A stretch of 64,000 nucleotides of DNA from Alphaproteobacteria bacterium (GCA_028690155.1 JAQVBU010000011.1:12370-76369); one strand, 5' to 3'; positions 39,010 to 49,438 are shown, counted from the stretch's first letter. A program made the numbers and translations. The notes: a model not told the origin generated them from the sequence alone.

Positions 39010-39360
39010 TTAGCCTTGGGAAGGGGTAAGGCGGCGGCCACCCAGGCCACCCAAGAAGGACGGCGCCTTAGCCGATGGCTGAGCTGGTGTTATTGAATGG
39101 TTGTTATCGAAACGTTTGCCGAGATGTTCGGCGATTGCCGAAGCGGCACCCAAGACGCCCCATGATATATCCAAGGCCAAAAGAACGTGGGCCGGAGCAC
39201 CCGGAATGTTTTTCAGAATAGGGATGACGTTTTTATACGCCTCTATCAGGGCCCCTTTTCCGTCTTTTCTCAGACGGGTCGCGGCAGAGAACCCACTGAC
39301 ATAGTCAAAGAGCCTTTTGACATAGCTGGAAACGTTATTGGGGGTCGTTGCGTTATTCAT
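39010..39360 (-). CDS. Hypothetical protein
   Basis: 116-aa ORF overlapping the upstream ORF by 8 nt, followed by a strong terminator. Confidence 0.6.
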   Translation of the reverse strand: MNNATTPNNVSSYVKRLFDYVSGFSAATRLRKDGKGALIEAYKNVIPILKNIPGAPAHVLLALDISWGVLGAASAIAEHLGKRFDNNHSITPAQPSAKAPSFLGGLGGRRLTPSQG

Positions 39361-39757
39361 GGTCTTCCTCCATCGTTCCTAAAATGGCTTTCATTCTTTT
39401 GATATGGTCCGGCGCGTCTTCTTCGTCATAGGCCATCGCGTCGGGGTTTATCTCTTCAAAATAGGCGTCGCATGCTTCGCGAAGCGCTTGAATATGCGGG
39501 GCGGCCTGTTCCCGAACGTCGGGAGCGCATTCGGCCAAACCCGCCTCCATAACCTTCAACTGTTCATAGAGATGGATGCGCATTTCGGCATCGACGTCGC
39601 GTTCGATTTTCAGATCTTCCCAATCCTTCATGATTTTGACGATCGTGTCGTCGATGACGGGCCATGCATCGTCGGCCCCCATTTCCTGCCCGGCGGCAAG
39701 AAGGGCGTTTCGTGTCATAAACACTATTTGCTCTTCGGTCAGTTTCGACGTTGTCAT
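39353..39757 (-). CDS. Hypothetical acidic helical protein
   Basis: 134-aa ORF with GGAG RBS; very D/E-rich. Confidence 0.65.
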   Translation of the reverse strand: MTTSKLTEEQIVFMTRNALLAAGQEMGADDAWPVIDDTIVKIMKDWEDLKIERDVDAEMRIHLYEQLKVMEAGLAECAPDVREQAAPHIQALREACDAYFEEINPDAMAYDEEDAPDHIKRMKAILGTMEEDHE

Positions 39758-39850
39758 GGCTCGTTCTCCATTGTCTTGATCGTATCACCAAACGTTGCAA
39801 GTAATGCACAAAAACGACTGTGCCACGGGCCTTTCATAGCATTTTCATGC

Positions 39851-39865
39851 TTAAGGAACGTTTAA
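39851..39865. promoter_or_regulatory. Full CtrA box TTAA-N7-TTAA
   Basis: TTAA GGAACGT TTAA, about 95 nt upstream of the 39757 start. Confidence 0.65.
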
Positions 39866-39934
39866 TTGCGATGGATTTTTCGAGAGATTTCAGAGAAGAG
39901 GCCGCGCAAGTTTTACAGAAAATTACTTTCACGC

Positions 39935-40843
39935 TTAAACGGGAATTTCGTTAAGAGAATCTTTGCCAAAAAGAGGCGTTTTCTCCCACCTGTTTCTGAA
40001 CCACGTTGTCTGACGTTTGGCGTAATTGCGCGTTTTTTGTTGGGCCTTGGCGACGGCTTCATCGAGAGAGGTTTCGCCGCGAAGGTAGGCCGCGATTTCG
40101 CGCACACCCAAAATTTTCATAGAGGGCAGTGTGGGGGACAGGCCGCGCGCGAGAAGTTTTTTCACTTCGTCGATGGCCCCGCGTTCGATCATACTGAGAA
40201 AGCGTTGATCGCAGGCGGCGTAAAGCTGGTCTCGCGGAGGAAGCAGAAGATGGTATTCGATTTTTGCGCGCTCCGGTAACGCGCGGCGATCTTGCCCCGT
40301 CTTATGCCACGCCGACAGAGCCTTGCCCGTGTGCGTCACCACTTCATAGGCGCGGATCAGGCGTTGGCGGTCGTTACGTGCGATCTTTTGGGCGCTTTCG
40401 GGATCGTGCTTGGCCAACTCGGCCCGGAATTTTGTTTCGCCCCATTCGGCGTAATGCTTGGCGGCGGCGGCGCGGGCCTCGCTGGGGATCGGGGGAATAT
40501 CGGCCAGCCCGCCCAGAAGGGCGTCAAAATAAAGGCCCGTTCCCCCGACAAGGATGGGGGTTTTCCCTTGCGTGAGCGTTTGATTGATTTCGGCGCACGC
40601 ACGGTCAAGCCATATTCCTGCCGACGAAGGCTCGGTGGGATCGATTATTTCATAAAGACGATGGGGGATTCGGGCCTTATCCTCGTCCGAAGGCTGGGCC
40701 GTCAGGATGGGGAGGGCCCGGTAAACCTGCATGGCGTCGGCGTTAAGGATAACCCCACGCCGCGCTTCGGCCAACCGAAGCGCCAACGCCGATTTCCCAG
40801 AGGCCGTTGGCCCGCCGATCAGAATAAGGGTCTCTTGCGACAT
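39935..40843 (-). CDS. miaA: tRNA dimethylallyltransferase
   Basis: GPTASGKS, NADAMQVY, VGGTGLY, RNYAKRQTTWF. Confidence 0.97.
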   Translation of the reverse strand: MSQETLILIGGPTASGKSALALRLAEARRGVILNADAMQVYRALPILTAQPSDEDKARIPHRLYEIIDPTEPSSAGIWLDRACAEINQTLTQGKTPILVGGTGLYFDALLGGLADIPPIPSEARAAAAKHYAEWGETKFRAELAKHDPESAQKIARNDRQRLIRAYEVVTHTGKALSAWHKTGQDRRALPERAKIEYHLLLPPRDQLYAACDQRFLSMIERGAIDEVKKLLARGLSPTLPSMKILGVREIAAYLRGETSLDEAVAKAQQKTRNYAKRQTTWFRNRWEKTPLFGKDSLNEIPV

Positions 40844-40926
40844 GGGGTTTCCATAAGCTCGTGAAAAGGCTATAGTCCTTAAAGTTTCCCGTAAAGAAAG
40901 CTTTCCCTAAACTCAAGAGGAAACCC

Positions 40927-41142
40927 ATGGGATTAAGTCTAACACATATCATTTTGCTTTTGGTCGTTGTTTTGGTCGTCTTTGGCGTAGGCAAATTGCC
41001 GCAGGTCATGGGCGATTTGGGCCGGGGCATGCGCAATTTCAAGGCCGGCCTCAACGGCGACCCGGCCTCCGGAAGCAAAGAAGAACTTTCCGTTCCGCCC
41101 AAGACCGACGAGACCAAGCCCTTGCCCCCGCCCGATGCCTGA
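40927..41142 (+). CDS. tatA: Twin-arginine translocase TatA
   Basis: VVFGVGKLPQVMGDLGRGMRNFKAG. Confidence 0.93.
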   Translation: MGLSLTHIILLLVVVLVVFGVGKLPQVMGDLGRGMRNFKAGLNGDPASGSKEELSVPPKTDETKPLPPPDA

Positions 41143-41154
41143 GGAGGGTGGACG

Positions 41155-41385
41155 ATGTTGAATATCGGATGGCCGGAAGCTTTTGTCGTCGGTGCCGTGG
41201 CGTTGGTGGCCGTCGGCCCCAAGGACTTGCCCAAGGTTTTTTATGCGCTGGGACGCCTTGTCGGCAAGGCGCGCGTTTTTATGAACGATTTCCACCGCGC
41301 TCTCGATCAAGTCTCGCGTGAGGCCGAAGCCCGGGAGTCTTCCGAGAAAAAAAAGGCCCCTCCGTCCTCGCGGGATCGCGTTTAG
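41155..41385 (+). CDS. tatB: Twin-arginine translocase TatB (short)
   Basis: IGWPE...ALVAVGPKDLP. Confidence 0.9.
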   Translation: MLNIGWPEAFVVGAVALVAVGPKDLPKVFYALGRLVGKARVFMNDFHRALDQVSREAEARESSEKKKAPPSSRDRV

Positions 41386-41403
41386 CTTTTTTCAGGGTGT
41401 TTT

Positions 41404-42186
41404 ATGACGTTGCCGCCGTCCGCCGATCCTTCCGATGAACCTGCCGATCCCTCGGCCCAGCCTTTGCTGGCCCATTTGGTCGAATTAAGGCAGCGCTTGA
41501 TTTATTGCCTTTTGGCCATTTTGGCGGGGTTTGTGATCGCTTATGTTTTTGCACCCGAGATTTATGCTTTTTTGGCCCGTCCGCTTGCCGACGCTTCGGA
41601 AGGGGCTCCTCATCGGTTCATTTACACGAATCTGACCGAGGCCTTTGTCAGCTATATCCGCTTGGCGCTGTGGGCTGGATGTTTCGTGGCTTTTCCCCTG
41701 ATTGCGGCGCAGGTGTGGATGTTTATCGCCCCCGGCCTTTACAAGAGTGAACGCAAAGTTTTTTTACCTTTTTTCATCGCCACGCCCGTTCTTTTCCTGA
41801 TCGGCGCGGCCTTGGCGTATTACGTGGTCATGCCGATGGCGTGGCGCTTTTTCCTGAGCTTCGAATCGGTCGGGGGCTTGGGGGCGCTGCCGATCCAGCT
41901 TGAAGCGAGGGTCGCCGAATACCTGTCGCTGTCGATGACACTTATTTTTGCCTTTGGCCTCGCGTTTGAGCTTCCTCTGGCCCTTATTCTGCTTGCGCGG
42001 GCGGGGGTTCTGTCGGCGGCGGCGTTGTCGTCGTTTCGGCGCTATGCTATCGTGATTATCTTTGCTACGGCTGCCGTGTTGACGCCGCCTGATTTGATCA
42101 GCATGATCTGCCTCGCGCTGCCCGTAGTTTTGCTTTACGAGGTTTCCATTTTCGGGGCAAAATGGGTCGAAAGAACGAGAAAGTAG
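41404..42186 (+). CDS. tatC: Twin-arginine translocase TatC
   Basis: LLAHLVELRQRL, FIAPGLYKSE, FELP, AAVLTPPD, LYE. Confidence 0.96.
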   Translation: MTLPPSADPSDEPADPSAQPLLAHLVELRQRLIYCLLAILAGFVIAYVFAPEIYAFLARPLADASEGAPHRFIYTNLTEAFVSYIRLALWAGCFVAFPLIAAQVWMFIAPGLYKSERKVFLPFFIATPVLFLIGAALAYYVVMPMAWRFFLSFESVGGLGALPIQLEARVAEYLSLSMTLIFAFGLAFELPLALILLARAGVLSAAALSSFRRYAIVIIFATAAVLTPPDLISMICLALPVVLLYEVSIFGAKWVERTRK

Positions 42187-42195
42187 AGGCGTATT

Positions 42196-43596
42196 ATGCA
42201 TGATATCCGTTTCATTCGCGAACAGCCGGAAGCGTTTGACCGCGCTCTTGCACGGCGCGGGATTGCGCCGATGTCCAAGGAATTTCGGACCCTGGACGAA
42301 GAGCGCCGCGCGGTGCAGACCGAGCGCCAAGATCTTCAGGCCAAGCGCAACGACGCGTCGAAGAAGATCGGCGAGGCCAAGCGCACCGGGGCCAACGCGG
42401 ATGACTTGATGGCGGTCGTGGCGGCGATGAAGGATCGCCTGACGGCTTTGGACGAAACGGACCGGCGTTTGGGGCAAAAGCTGCAAGATTTGTTGGCGTC
42501 CTATCCCAACATCCTTTCCGACGAAGTGCCCGACGGCCGGGACGAGAACGACAATAAGGAAGTGCGCCGTTTTGGAACGCCGCCCGCGATCGAAAACCCC
42601 AAAGAGCATTTTGAGTTGGGCGAAGCCTTGGGCCTTATGGATTTCGAAGCGGCGGCCAAGCTGTCGGGCGCGCGGTTCACGGTTCTGAAGGGCGCTCTGG
42701 CGCGGATGGAGCGCGCGCTGGGCGACTTCATGCTCGATCTTCACACGGGCGAGTTCGGCTATACCGAAGTGTCGCCGCCGCTTCTGGTGAAGGATGAGAT
42801 CATGTTCGGCGTCGGCCAACTGCCCAAGTTTACGGACGAGATGTTTTTCGCCGGGCGGACCAAATCGCGCGAGGCCTTGCTTCGCGAGGCCTTGAGCACG
42901 GCGGACCCCGCCGACATCGAAGGGATGCGGCGCGGCGAAATCAGCCTTGAAGATTTTGTGGCGTCTGTTCTTTCCAAAGCGCCGACCAAGGAAGATCTGT
43001 GGCTGATTACGACGGCGGAGGTTCCTTTGACGAACCTTGTCAACAATATGATTGTCGATCGCGAAAAGCTTCCGATGCGCGTGACGGCGCGGACGCCATG
43101 CTTCCGTTCCGAAGCGGGCGCGTCGGGCAAGGATACGCGCGGCATGTTGCGCCAGCATCAGTTTTACAAGGTCGAGCTGGTCAGCATCACGGCGCCCGAG
43201 CAGTCGAAGGACGAACACGAACGCATGACGTCATGCGCCGAAACCGTGCTTAAACGGTTAGAGCTTCCTTTCCGGACGATCGTGTTGTGTGCGGGCGATA
43301 CGGGTTTTTCATCCAGCAAGACCTATGACATTGAGGTGTGGTTGCCGGGGCAGAAGGTGTACCGTGAGATTTCAAGCTGCTCGAACTGCCTCGATTTTCA
43401 AGCCCGGCGCATGAACGCGCGGTGCCGCGCCGCGGGCGACAAGCAATCGGCGTTTGTTCATACGCTGAACGGGTCCGGCATCGCCATTGGCCGGTGTTTG
43501 ATCGCCGTTATGGAAAACTATCAACAGCCGGACGGATCGATCGTCGTGCCTTCGGCGTTGCGTCCCTATATGGGGGGATTGGAGCGTATTGGATGA
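42196..43596 (+). CDS. serS: Serine--tRNA ligase
   Basis: [51 protein letters not shown]. Confidence 0.98.
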   Translation: MHDIRFIREQPEAFDRALARRGIAPMSKEFRTLDEERRAVQTERQDLQAKRNDASKKIGEAKRTGANADDLMAVVAAMKDRLTALDETDRRLGQKLQDLLASYPNILSDEVPDGRDENDNKEVRRFGTPPAIENPKEHFELGEALGLMDFEAAAKLSGARFTVLKGALARMERALGDFMLDLHTGEFGYTEVSPPLLVKDEIMFGVGQLPKFTDEMFFAGRTKSREALLREALSTADPADIEGMRRGEISLEDFVASVLSKAPTKEDLWLITTAEVPLTNLVNNMIVDREKLPMRVTARTPCFRSEAGASGKDTRGMLRQHQFYKVELVSITAPEQSKDEHERMTSCAETVLKRLELPFRTIVLCAGDTGFSSSKTYDIEVWLPGQKVYREISSCSNCLDFQARRMNARCRAAGDKQSAFVHTLNGSGIAIGRCLIAVMENYQQPDGSIVVPSALRPYMGGLERIG

Positions 43597-44438
43597 CGTT
43601 GGCGCGGTTTTTCCTCCTGAGGCGCTGGTTGGGGCTTGTCGTACTGCTTGGGACAGCGGCCTGTACGTTCATGCCGCCGCCTCCGGCCGAGCTTCCCAGC
43701 CGATCCGGAATTCAGGCCGGAAGGGCTGTCGTTGTTGGAAAAAACGAGACTGTGTACTCGGTTGCCCAAGCCCACAATGTCTCGATGCGCGAATTGATCG
43801 TGTTGAACGATCTTAAGCCCCCTTTCAACGTGGTTCAGGGACAAAAACTTTTTCTTCCCCAAGACGGCGAAAACTTTGCGGGAGGGATGAAGCCTCCGTC
43901 CTCATCGCCCTATACGCCGGTCGAGCGGCGGCGGATTGCGAAAAAGAAAGCGGAGGCGATCCGAACCCAGACGGCCGAAAAGGCGGAGACAAAGCCGACA
44001 CGTCAAAAGGCTGCCGTGGCACCCGTTCTTCCTAAGGAACCGGCATCAAATATTGCCTTATCCGTATGCTGGCCGGTTCGCGGGCCTGTTTTGTCGAGGT
44101 TCGGGGCCAAGGAAAATGGCCTGAACAATGACGGAATCAATATCGGCGCGCCTAACGGAGCGCCGGTGGTCGCCGCGGCATCCGGCATTGTCGTTTACGC
44201 CGGCAACGACATGAAGGGATTTGGAAACCTTATTCTTATTCGCCATCAAGGCGACTGGGTCACGGCTTATGCGCATCTTGGACGCGTCCTTGTAAGAAAG
44301 GATTCCATCGTGGCTCAGGGCGACATGATCGGTCGCGTGGGCAAGACGGGAAATGTTGCATCACCTCAGGTTCATTTTGAAATTCGCAAAGACGGGCATC
44401 CGATCGATCCTTTAACGGTCATTGAAAAACGGCGCTAG
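43593..44438 (+). CDS. nlpD: LysM-M23 lipoprotein (NlpD-like)
   Basis: Lipobox TAAC; LysM ([12 protein letters not shown]); degenerate M23 ([17 protein letters not shown]); follows tatABC-serS. Confidence 0.85.
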   Translation: MTLARFFLLRRWLGLVVLLGTAACTFMPPPPAELPSRSGIQAGRAVVVGKNETVYSVAQAHNVSMRELIVLNDLKPPFNVVQGQKLFLPQDGENFAGGMKPPSSSPYTPVERRRIAKKKAEAIRTQTAEKAETKPTRQKAAVAPVLPKEPASNIALSVCWPVRGPVLSRFGAKENGLNNDGINIGAPNGAPVVAAASGIVVYAGNDMKGFGNLILIRHQGDWVTAYAHLGRVLVRKDSIVAQGDMIGRVGKTGNVASPQVHFEIRKDGHPIDPLTVIEKRR

Positions 44439-44537
44439 ACCCGTTCGCGTGTGGTGTGCGGTCAATCAAAAAGCGAGAGCCTTTACCGCGCAAAAAGCGT
44501 CCAACCTATTCGGAAAAAGCTCTAGGCCGTTCCTGAT

Positions 44538-44954
44538 CTAGAAAGGCCATAGGGACGTGGGGCCCTTGTCGTCCGCATCGTCGTTTGGGCCTTCTTGGGA
44601 AGTTTTGGTTGGGACAGGCTGTTGCGCGGCGAGGTTTGGGGCATCGAGCGTGCCCGCCTTTTGTTCCACAAGCTCGTAATACTTTTCCGCAGAATGAGGA
44701 TAGCGTTTCTGGGGGGTCACATTGATAAGCCGATTAGGCACGACGTCTTGGGGCGATGTGTAGCATTCGGGATACCCCAGGGTTCGATAGCACCAAAGCT
44801 CTTCGGACAAGGCCGAGGAGGTGTTCGTTTGCGTCGTTTTTTCCTCCGACCGGGTTAGGTAAATAGCGGCCGCTCCGGCGCCTATAGCCGCTTGTTGGCT
44901 GCAGCCGACTGTGGTTAAGACAAGAAGAAGGAAGGCGCTTGCGGCTTTTCCCAT
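44538..44954 (-). CDS. Hypothetical lipoprotein
   Basis: Lipobox TVGC; WCYRTLGYPECY motif. Confidence 0.65.
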   Translation of the reverse strand: MGKAASAFLLLVLTTVGCSQQAAIGAGAAAIYLTRSEEKTTQTNTSSALSEELWCYRTLGYPECYTSPQDVVPNRLINVTPQKRYPHSAEKYYELVEQKAGTLDAPNLAAQQPVPTKTSQEGPNDDADDKGPTSLWPF

Positions 44955-45226
44955 AATCCAACGTCCTTATTCTATATTTTGTGCGTTAAGAGACTTCTTA
45001 AGACAGGAGGGGAATCAGATAGCTATTAGAGCGTGCTCTTCTCTTTGATACAATTCAAAGATAAAGGGGGCATGACTTGTCATTGTCATGGAAATTTTGT
45101 TAACTTTTGCACCGTTGTTCTTTCAAAAGAGATAACGTCTTTCGAGAGAATGAAAAATTGACGCCTTGCCGACAAGTCGTTAATGTTTCCCCCCTCTGAA
45201 TACCTGTGGTTAAAGAGTTTTTTATC

Positions 45227-47041
45227 ATGCATCCCTATCGTACTCATACCTGCGGCGAACTTCGCCTTTCTCACAAAGATCAAATCGTTCGGCTTTCCGG
45301 CTGGGTCCATCGGAAGCGAGACCATGGAAGCCTTCTCTTTATCGACTTGAGGGATCACTATGGCATGACGCAATGCGTCATCGATCGGTCAAGCCCTCTT
45401 TTAACGGCTATCGAGTCGGTGAAAAATGAGAGCGTTATTACGGTGACGGGAAAAGTTGTCGAACGGCCCGACGACACGAGGAACGAACGCTTGCCCACGG
45501 GCGAGATCGAAGTCGATATTCAGGAGTTTGTGGTTCAAAGCGCGGCAGCGCCTTTGCCGTTGCAGGTTAATGCCGAGCATGACACCGAAACGGGCGAGGC
45601 CGTTCGGCTTCAGTATCGTTTTTTAGACCTTCGCCGTGAACAAATGCAGCGTAATTTAAAGCTTCGCTCGGATGTGATCGCGTCGTTACGGCGTCGGATG
45701 TGGGATGCGGGATTCCGAGAATATCAGACGCCGATTTTAACGTCGTCCAGTCCGGAAGGAGCCCGCGATTTCTTGGTTCCCAGCCGGTTGTATCCCGGAA
45801 AATTTTACGCCTTGCCGCAGGCTCCGCAGCAGTTCAAGCAACTTTTGATGATTGCTGGCTTCGATCGCTACTTCCAGATTGCGCCGTGCTTTCGCGACGA
45901 GGATGCCCGCGCCGACCGGAGCCCGGGGGAATTTTATCAGCTCGACTTCGAGATGAGCTATGTGACCCAAGAAGACATTTTCGATGTAATCGAGCCCGTT
46001 CTTCACGGCGTTTTTGAAGAATTCAGCGGCCATAACCGGCCGGAAAAGGCCGTTGTTTCATCCTTTCCGTTTGTTCGTATTCCTTATGAGGAAGCGATGC
46101 TGACATACGGCACGGATAAGCCCGATTTGCGCAATCCGTTGCTTATTACGGATGTGACGTCGATTTTCACGCGCGATGACGTCGAGTTTCGGGCCTTCCG
46201 CGGCGTGGTTGATCGGGGCGGTGTTGTCCGCGCCATTCGGGCCCCTAAGGTTTTGGGCCGTCCACGCAGCTTCTTCGACAAGCTGAACGATTGGGCGAAA
46301 GAGATCGGCGCGCCCGGGCTCGGCTATATTACGTTCGAGGCGGGGGCCGGCAAGGGGCCCATCGCGCGGTTTGTGGGGGCCGAGGCGCAGCAAGAACTTC
46401 GCGGTTTGACGGGGTGCGAAGACGGTGATGCCGTTTTCTTCGTCTGCGACGAGCCGGCCAAGGCGGCCAAAATGGCAGGCGAGGCGCGTACCAAGATTGC
46501 CCAAGACATGGACGTGATCGAAAAGAACGCGTTTCGTTTTTGCTGGATCGTCGATTTCCCGATGTTCGAGTACAATGAGGATCTCAAGAAAATCGATTTT
46601 TCGCATAATCCGTTTTCGATGCCTCAGGGAGGCTTGGAAGCCTTGCAGACCAAGGATCCTTTGGCCATCAAAGCGTATCAATACGACATCGTGTGCAACG
46701 GAATCGAACTTTCGTCAGGCGCCATTCGCAATCATCTTCCCGAGGTCATGTACAAGGCTTTTGAGATCGCCGGGTACAGCCGCGAGGATGTGGAGTCGCG
46801 ATTTGGAGGGATGCTGTCGGCGTTGAAGTTGGGCGCGCCGCCGCACGGTGGCGCCGCGCCGGGGATCGACCGGATGATCATGCTTTTGGCGGATGAGCCG
46901 AACATTCGCGAGATCATTGCATTCCCCCTGAACCAACAGGCCGAGGATCTTATGATGCAGGCCCCGGGAGCCATTACGCAGGATCGGCTGAACGAGCTTC
47001 ATATCCGGTTGGCGTTGCCGCCTAAAAAGACGAATGCATAA
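45227..47041 (+). CDS. aspS: Aspartate--tRNA ligase (probably non-discriminating Asp/Asn)
   Basis: [51 protein letters not shown]...GIDR. Confidence 0.98.
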   Translation: MHPYRTHTCGELRLSHKDQIVRLSGWVHRKRDHGSLLFIDLRDHYGMTQCVIDRSSPLLTAIESVKNESVITVTGKVVERPDDTRNERLPTGEIEVDIQEFVVQSAAAPLPLQVNAEHDTETGEAVRLQYRFLDLRREQMQRNLKLRSDVIASLRRRMWDAGFREYQTPILTSSSPEGARDFLVPSRLYPGKFYALPQAPQQFKQLLMIAGFDRYFQIAPCFRDEDARADRSPGEFYQLDFEMSYVTQEDIFDVIEPVLHGVFEEFSGHNRPEKAVVSSFPFVRIPYEEAMLTYGTDKPDLRNPLLITDVTSIFTRDDVEFRAFRGVVDRGGVVRAIRAPKVLGRPRSFFDKLNDWAKEIGAPGLGYITFEAGAGKGPIARFVGAEAQQELRGLTGCEDGDAVFFVCDEPAKAAKMAGEARTKIAQDMDVIEKNAFRFCWIVDFPMFEYNEDLKKIDFSHNPFSMPQGGLEALQTKDPLAIKAYQYDIVCNGIELSSGAIRNHLPEVMYKAFEIAGYSREDVESRFGGMLSALKLGAPPHGGAAPGIDRMIMLLADEPNIREIIAFPLNQQAEDLMMQAPGAITQDRLNELHIRLALPPKKTNA

Positions 47042-47044
47042 GCT

Positions 47045-47350
47045 TTATTCAATGATAAAAAGTCGTTGAAAATGAGTAAGTTCAAGCATTTTTTTGACCT
47101 GACCGGTGGGGCCTTTCAGGATGATGCGTTTATGCGTTTTATCCCCCGCGTCATAGGCTAGGAGAAGCATGCCAAGCGCGGCCGAGTCGACGAAGGTGAG
47201 CTTGTCGATGCGGAAGATGATTTTTTGAAGATCGTCGAGAGTTTCGATCTGGTTAATAATATCGCGAAAGGCCTTATTATCGTTGAAGGTAAAAGCGCCT
47301 GACAACGTTATATCAAATGTTTTCTTTTGCACATTCTGAATAATGTCCAT
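47045..47350 (-). CDS. STAS-domain anti-sigma-factor antagonist
   Basis: LTFVDSAALGMLL (phosphorylatable Ser), VKKMLELTHF. Confidence 0.9.
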   Translation of the reverse strand: MDIIQNVQKKTFDITLSGAFTFNDNKAFRDIINQIETLDDLQKIIFRIDKLTFVDSAALGMLLLAYDAGDKTHKRIILKGPTGQVKKMLELTHFQRLFIIE

Positions 47351-47421
47351 AAGATTCGTCCTCCAAGCCATTAGGCTAGCAGCATGTTTTGTTAAACACA
47401 ACGAGCGTAGCACGGGCGATT

Positions 47422-48213
47422 ATGACGATAGATCTTTCGGAAAAGCAGTTTGCTGAATGTATTCGTGATCGGCTTGTTAGGCAGCTTATTGCGGCCAACG
47501 AACAGCTTGAGCAATTTGCGACAATCGCGTCGCACGACCTTCGAGAACCGCTTCGCATTATTGCCTGTTTTTCGGATTTATTAGAGAAAGAGTACGGCGA
47601 CTGTTTGGACGGAACAGGTCGAAGCTATCTGCAAATAAGCCGCCAAACGGCCAAGAAGATGGAGGCGATGGTGACCGATCTTCTTGAATACGGACGAATC
47701 GGGGAGAACGTCGAGCGATTGCAGGAAACGGATTGCAACGAGGCGTTGCGACATGCTTTAGTTGGGTTGGGCGAAGCGATCAAAACGTCTAAGGCAAAAA
47801 TTCAAAGTGACTCCTTGCCAACCGTCTTCGCAAATTCCCTTCAACTTTCTCGTCTTTTCCTGAATCTGGTCGGGAATGCCATTAAATACAGGCAAGATGG
47901 ACGGCTTCCCGTCATTCATATCTCGGCGAAGGATAACGGGGCCTTATGGCTTTTTTCGGTTCAGGATAACGGCATCGGAGTCGATCCGGATTATGTCAGG
48001 GCTATTTTTGCTCCCTTTAAAAGGCTTCATAGCGACGATCAATACGAGGGCACAGGCATTGGGTTAGCTATTTGCCAGCGCATCATCAGGGTTTTTGGGG
48101 GCTCGATTTGGGTCGAATCTGTCCAGGGAAAGGGTAGCACTTTCTTTTTCACAATCCCCAAACACACAACGCTGACGGAAAGCGGGCAGGACGAAGAACG
48201 GTCTTCGGACTAG
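47422..48213 (+). CDS. Cytoplasmic histidine kinase without a sensor domain (phytochrome-type HisKA plus HATPase)
   Basis: NEQLEQFATIASHDLREPLR starts about 25 aa from the start; NLVGNAIKY, DNGIG, FAPFKRLH, GTGIGL. Confidence 0.9.
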   Translation: MTIDLSEKQFAECIRDRLVRQLIAANEQLEQFATIASHDLREPLRIIACFSDLLEKEYGDCLDGTGRSYLQISRQTAKKMEAMVTDLLEYGRIGENVERLQETDCNEALRHALVGLGEAIKTSKAKIQSDSLPTVFANSLQLSRLFLNLVGNAIKYRQDGRLPVIHISAKDNGALWLFSVQDNGIGVDPDYVRAIFAPFKRLHSDDQYEGTGIGLAICQRIIRVFGGSIWVESVQGKGSTFFFTIPKHTTLTESGQDEERSSD

Positions 48214-48262
48214 AGCCGATCGTGATAAGGTTTGCGTCTTTTGACGACAACCGTTCGCGTGA

Positions 48263-48413
48263 CCAAACGCCACAGGCGTTTGGCGCGTAGCAGGCCAACG
48301 CCCTGCGAAGTCCGAGCCTTGCGAGGATAAAAACAGGCCTAATGCCTGTTTTTACAATCGGCTCGGTTAAACAAAAAGCTAGGGCACTTACCGCCCGCGC
48401 AAAAAGCGCCAAA
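48263..48413. ncRNA. Candidate structured RNA or compound terminator between convergent genes
   Basis: Hairpins 48263-48283 (9 bp) and 48328-48354 (11 bp), the latter enclosed by CCGAGCC/GGCTCGG, GCCCT/AGGGC and TTTGGCGC/GCGCCAAA. Confidence 0.4.
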
Positions 48414-48429
48414 CTTTCCGAAAAAGGCT

Positions 48430-49146
48430 CTAGGAACGGGGCAGAACGACAACCTTCGACCAGTATTTGATGACGACGGCTATGTAATCCATGTATTCTG
48501 AAAGATCGACCGACTTTTGAATAAAGCCGGCGGCGCCGTGGCGATAAGCTTCGACCATATCCTTCAGGCTGATGCTGTTGGTCAAAATAATGATGGGAAT
48601 GCTTTGAAGCGACGAGTTCTTTTTGATTGTCTTCAAAAGGCCCATGCCGTTCTTCTTGGGTAAGGAAAGATCCAGAACCACGAGATCAGGCCGTCTGTTA
48701 TGAAATTTTGTTTCATAATTATGGAGAAAATCCAAGGCACTATCTGACTCGTGAAAAATGTGTACATCCACCTCATAGCCGCATTCCGTCAACGCCTTTT
48801 TAAACAGAATGACATCAGCGGGGTTGTCTTCGATAAGGACGATGGAAAAAGGCTTTGCCTGTTTTTTTTGGATGACGGTTTCATCAATTTGTGTGCCGAA
48901 CGATCCCTCGAGATTAAGGCCTTCATAGAAGTAGTTTGGCGGGACGTTCAGGATCTTTGCAAAAAGGAGAAGCTTTCCAGCGGACACGTGGCTTATGCCT
49001 GTCTCGTACTTTTGCATTTGCTGATACGAGAACCCCATAAGTTCAGCCAATTCCGTTTGACTGAGCTTTAGGAGTTTTCTTCGTTCCCGGATGCGTTGGC
49101 CTATATAGGCATAGATAGCATCCTGATGTTCCGCGACATTCATCAT
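48430..49146 (-). CDS. XRE/Cro HTH fused N-terminally to an Rcp-type receiver domain
   Basis: IGQRIRERR...SQTELA...SYQQMQKYETG HTH; IVLIEDNPAD...PDLVVLDLSLP...IILTNS...FIQK REC. Confidence 0.88.
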   Translation of the reverse strand: MMNVAEHQDAIYAYIGQRIRERRKLLKLSQTELAELMGFSYQQMQKYETGISHVSAGKLLLFAKILNVPPNYFYEGLNLEGSFGTQIDETVIQKKQAKPFSIVLIEDNPADVILFKKALTECGYEVDVHIFHESDSALDFLHNYETKFHNRRPDLVVLDLSLPKKNGMGLLKTIKKNSSLQSIPIIILTNSISLKDMVEAYRHGAAGFIQKSVDLSEYMDYIAVVIKYWSKVVVLPRS

Positions 49147-49424
49147 GTTTGCTCCAAGACAATTCTGTCCTTGCTTTTTATGCATCTTTGTAAGAGATCC
49201 CTTTCCTACAACCTCGAATTGTAAATATACGTTTATATTCATATGAACGTGTGCGCAATCGATTATTTTTAAAAAGTTATTTTTCCTCCATGGTGCCAAT
49301 ATTGAGCGTACAGGCTTAATTGAGAATAACGTTCTGGCGGCGTAGGTTGATGTTGATATTAGGCGTTGCCGCCAATGACTCTTGCGTTATGTTGGAGTGG
49401 AGCGTTTTGACGGGGAAGAGCCTA

Positions 49425-49438
49425 CAACCTATAGGTTG
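49425..49438. promoter_or_regulatory. Perfect 14-bp palindrome, candidate operator
   Basis: CAACCTATAGGTTG; the half-site TAGGTTGA recurs at 49343-49350. Confidence 0.5.

Noticed and set aside
44986-45001. TTAA-N8-TTAA upstream of the lipoprotein gene
   Set aside because: Spacing is 8, not the 7 required for a CtrA box.
45042-45090. Small inverted repeats between the lipoprotein gene and aspS
   Set aside because: 6-7-bp arms in AT-rich DNA are expected by chance, and nothing links them to a regulator.
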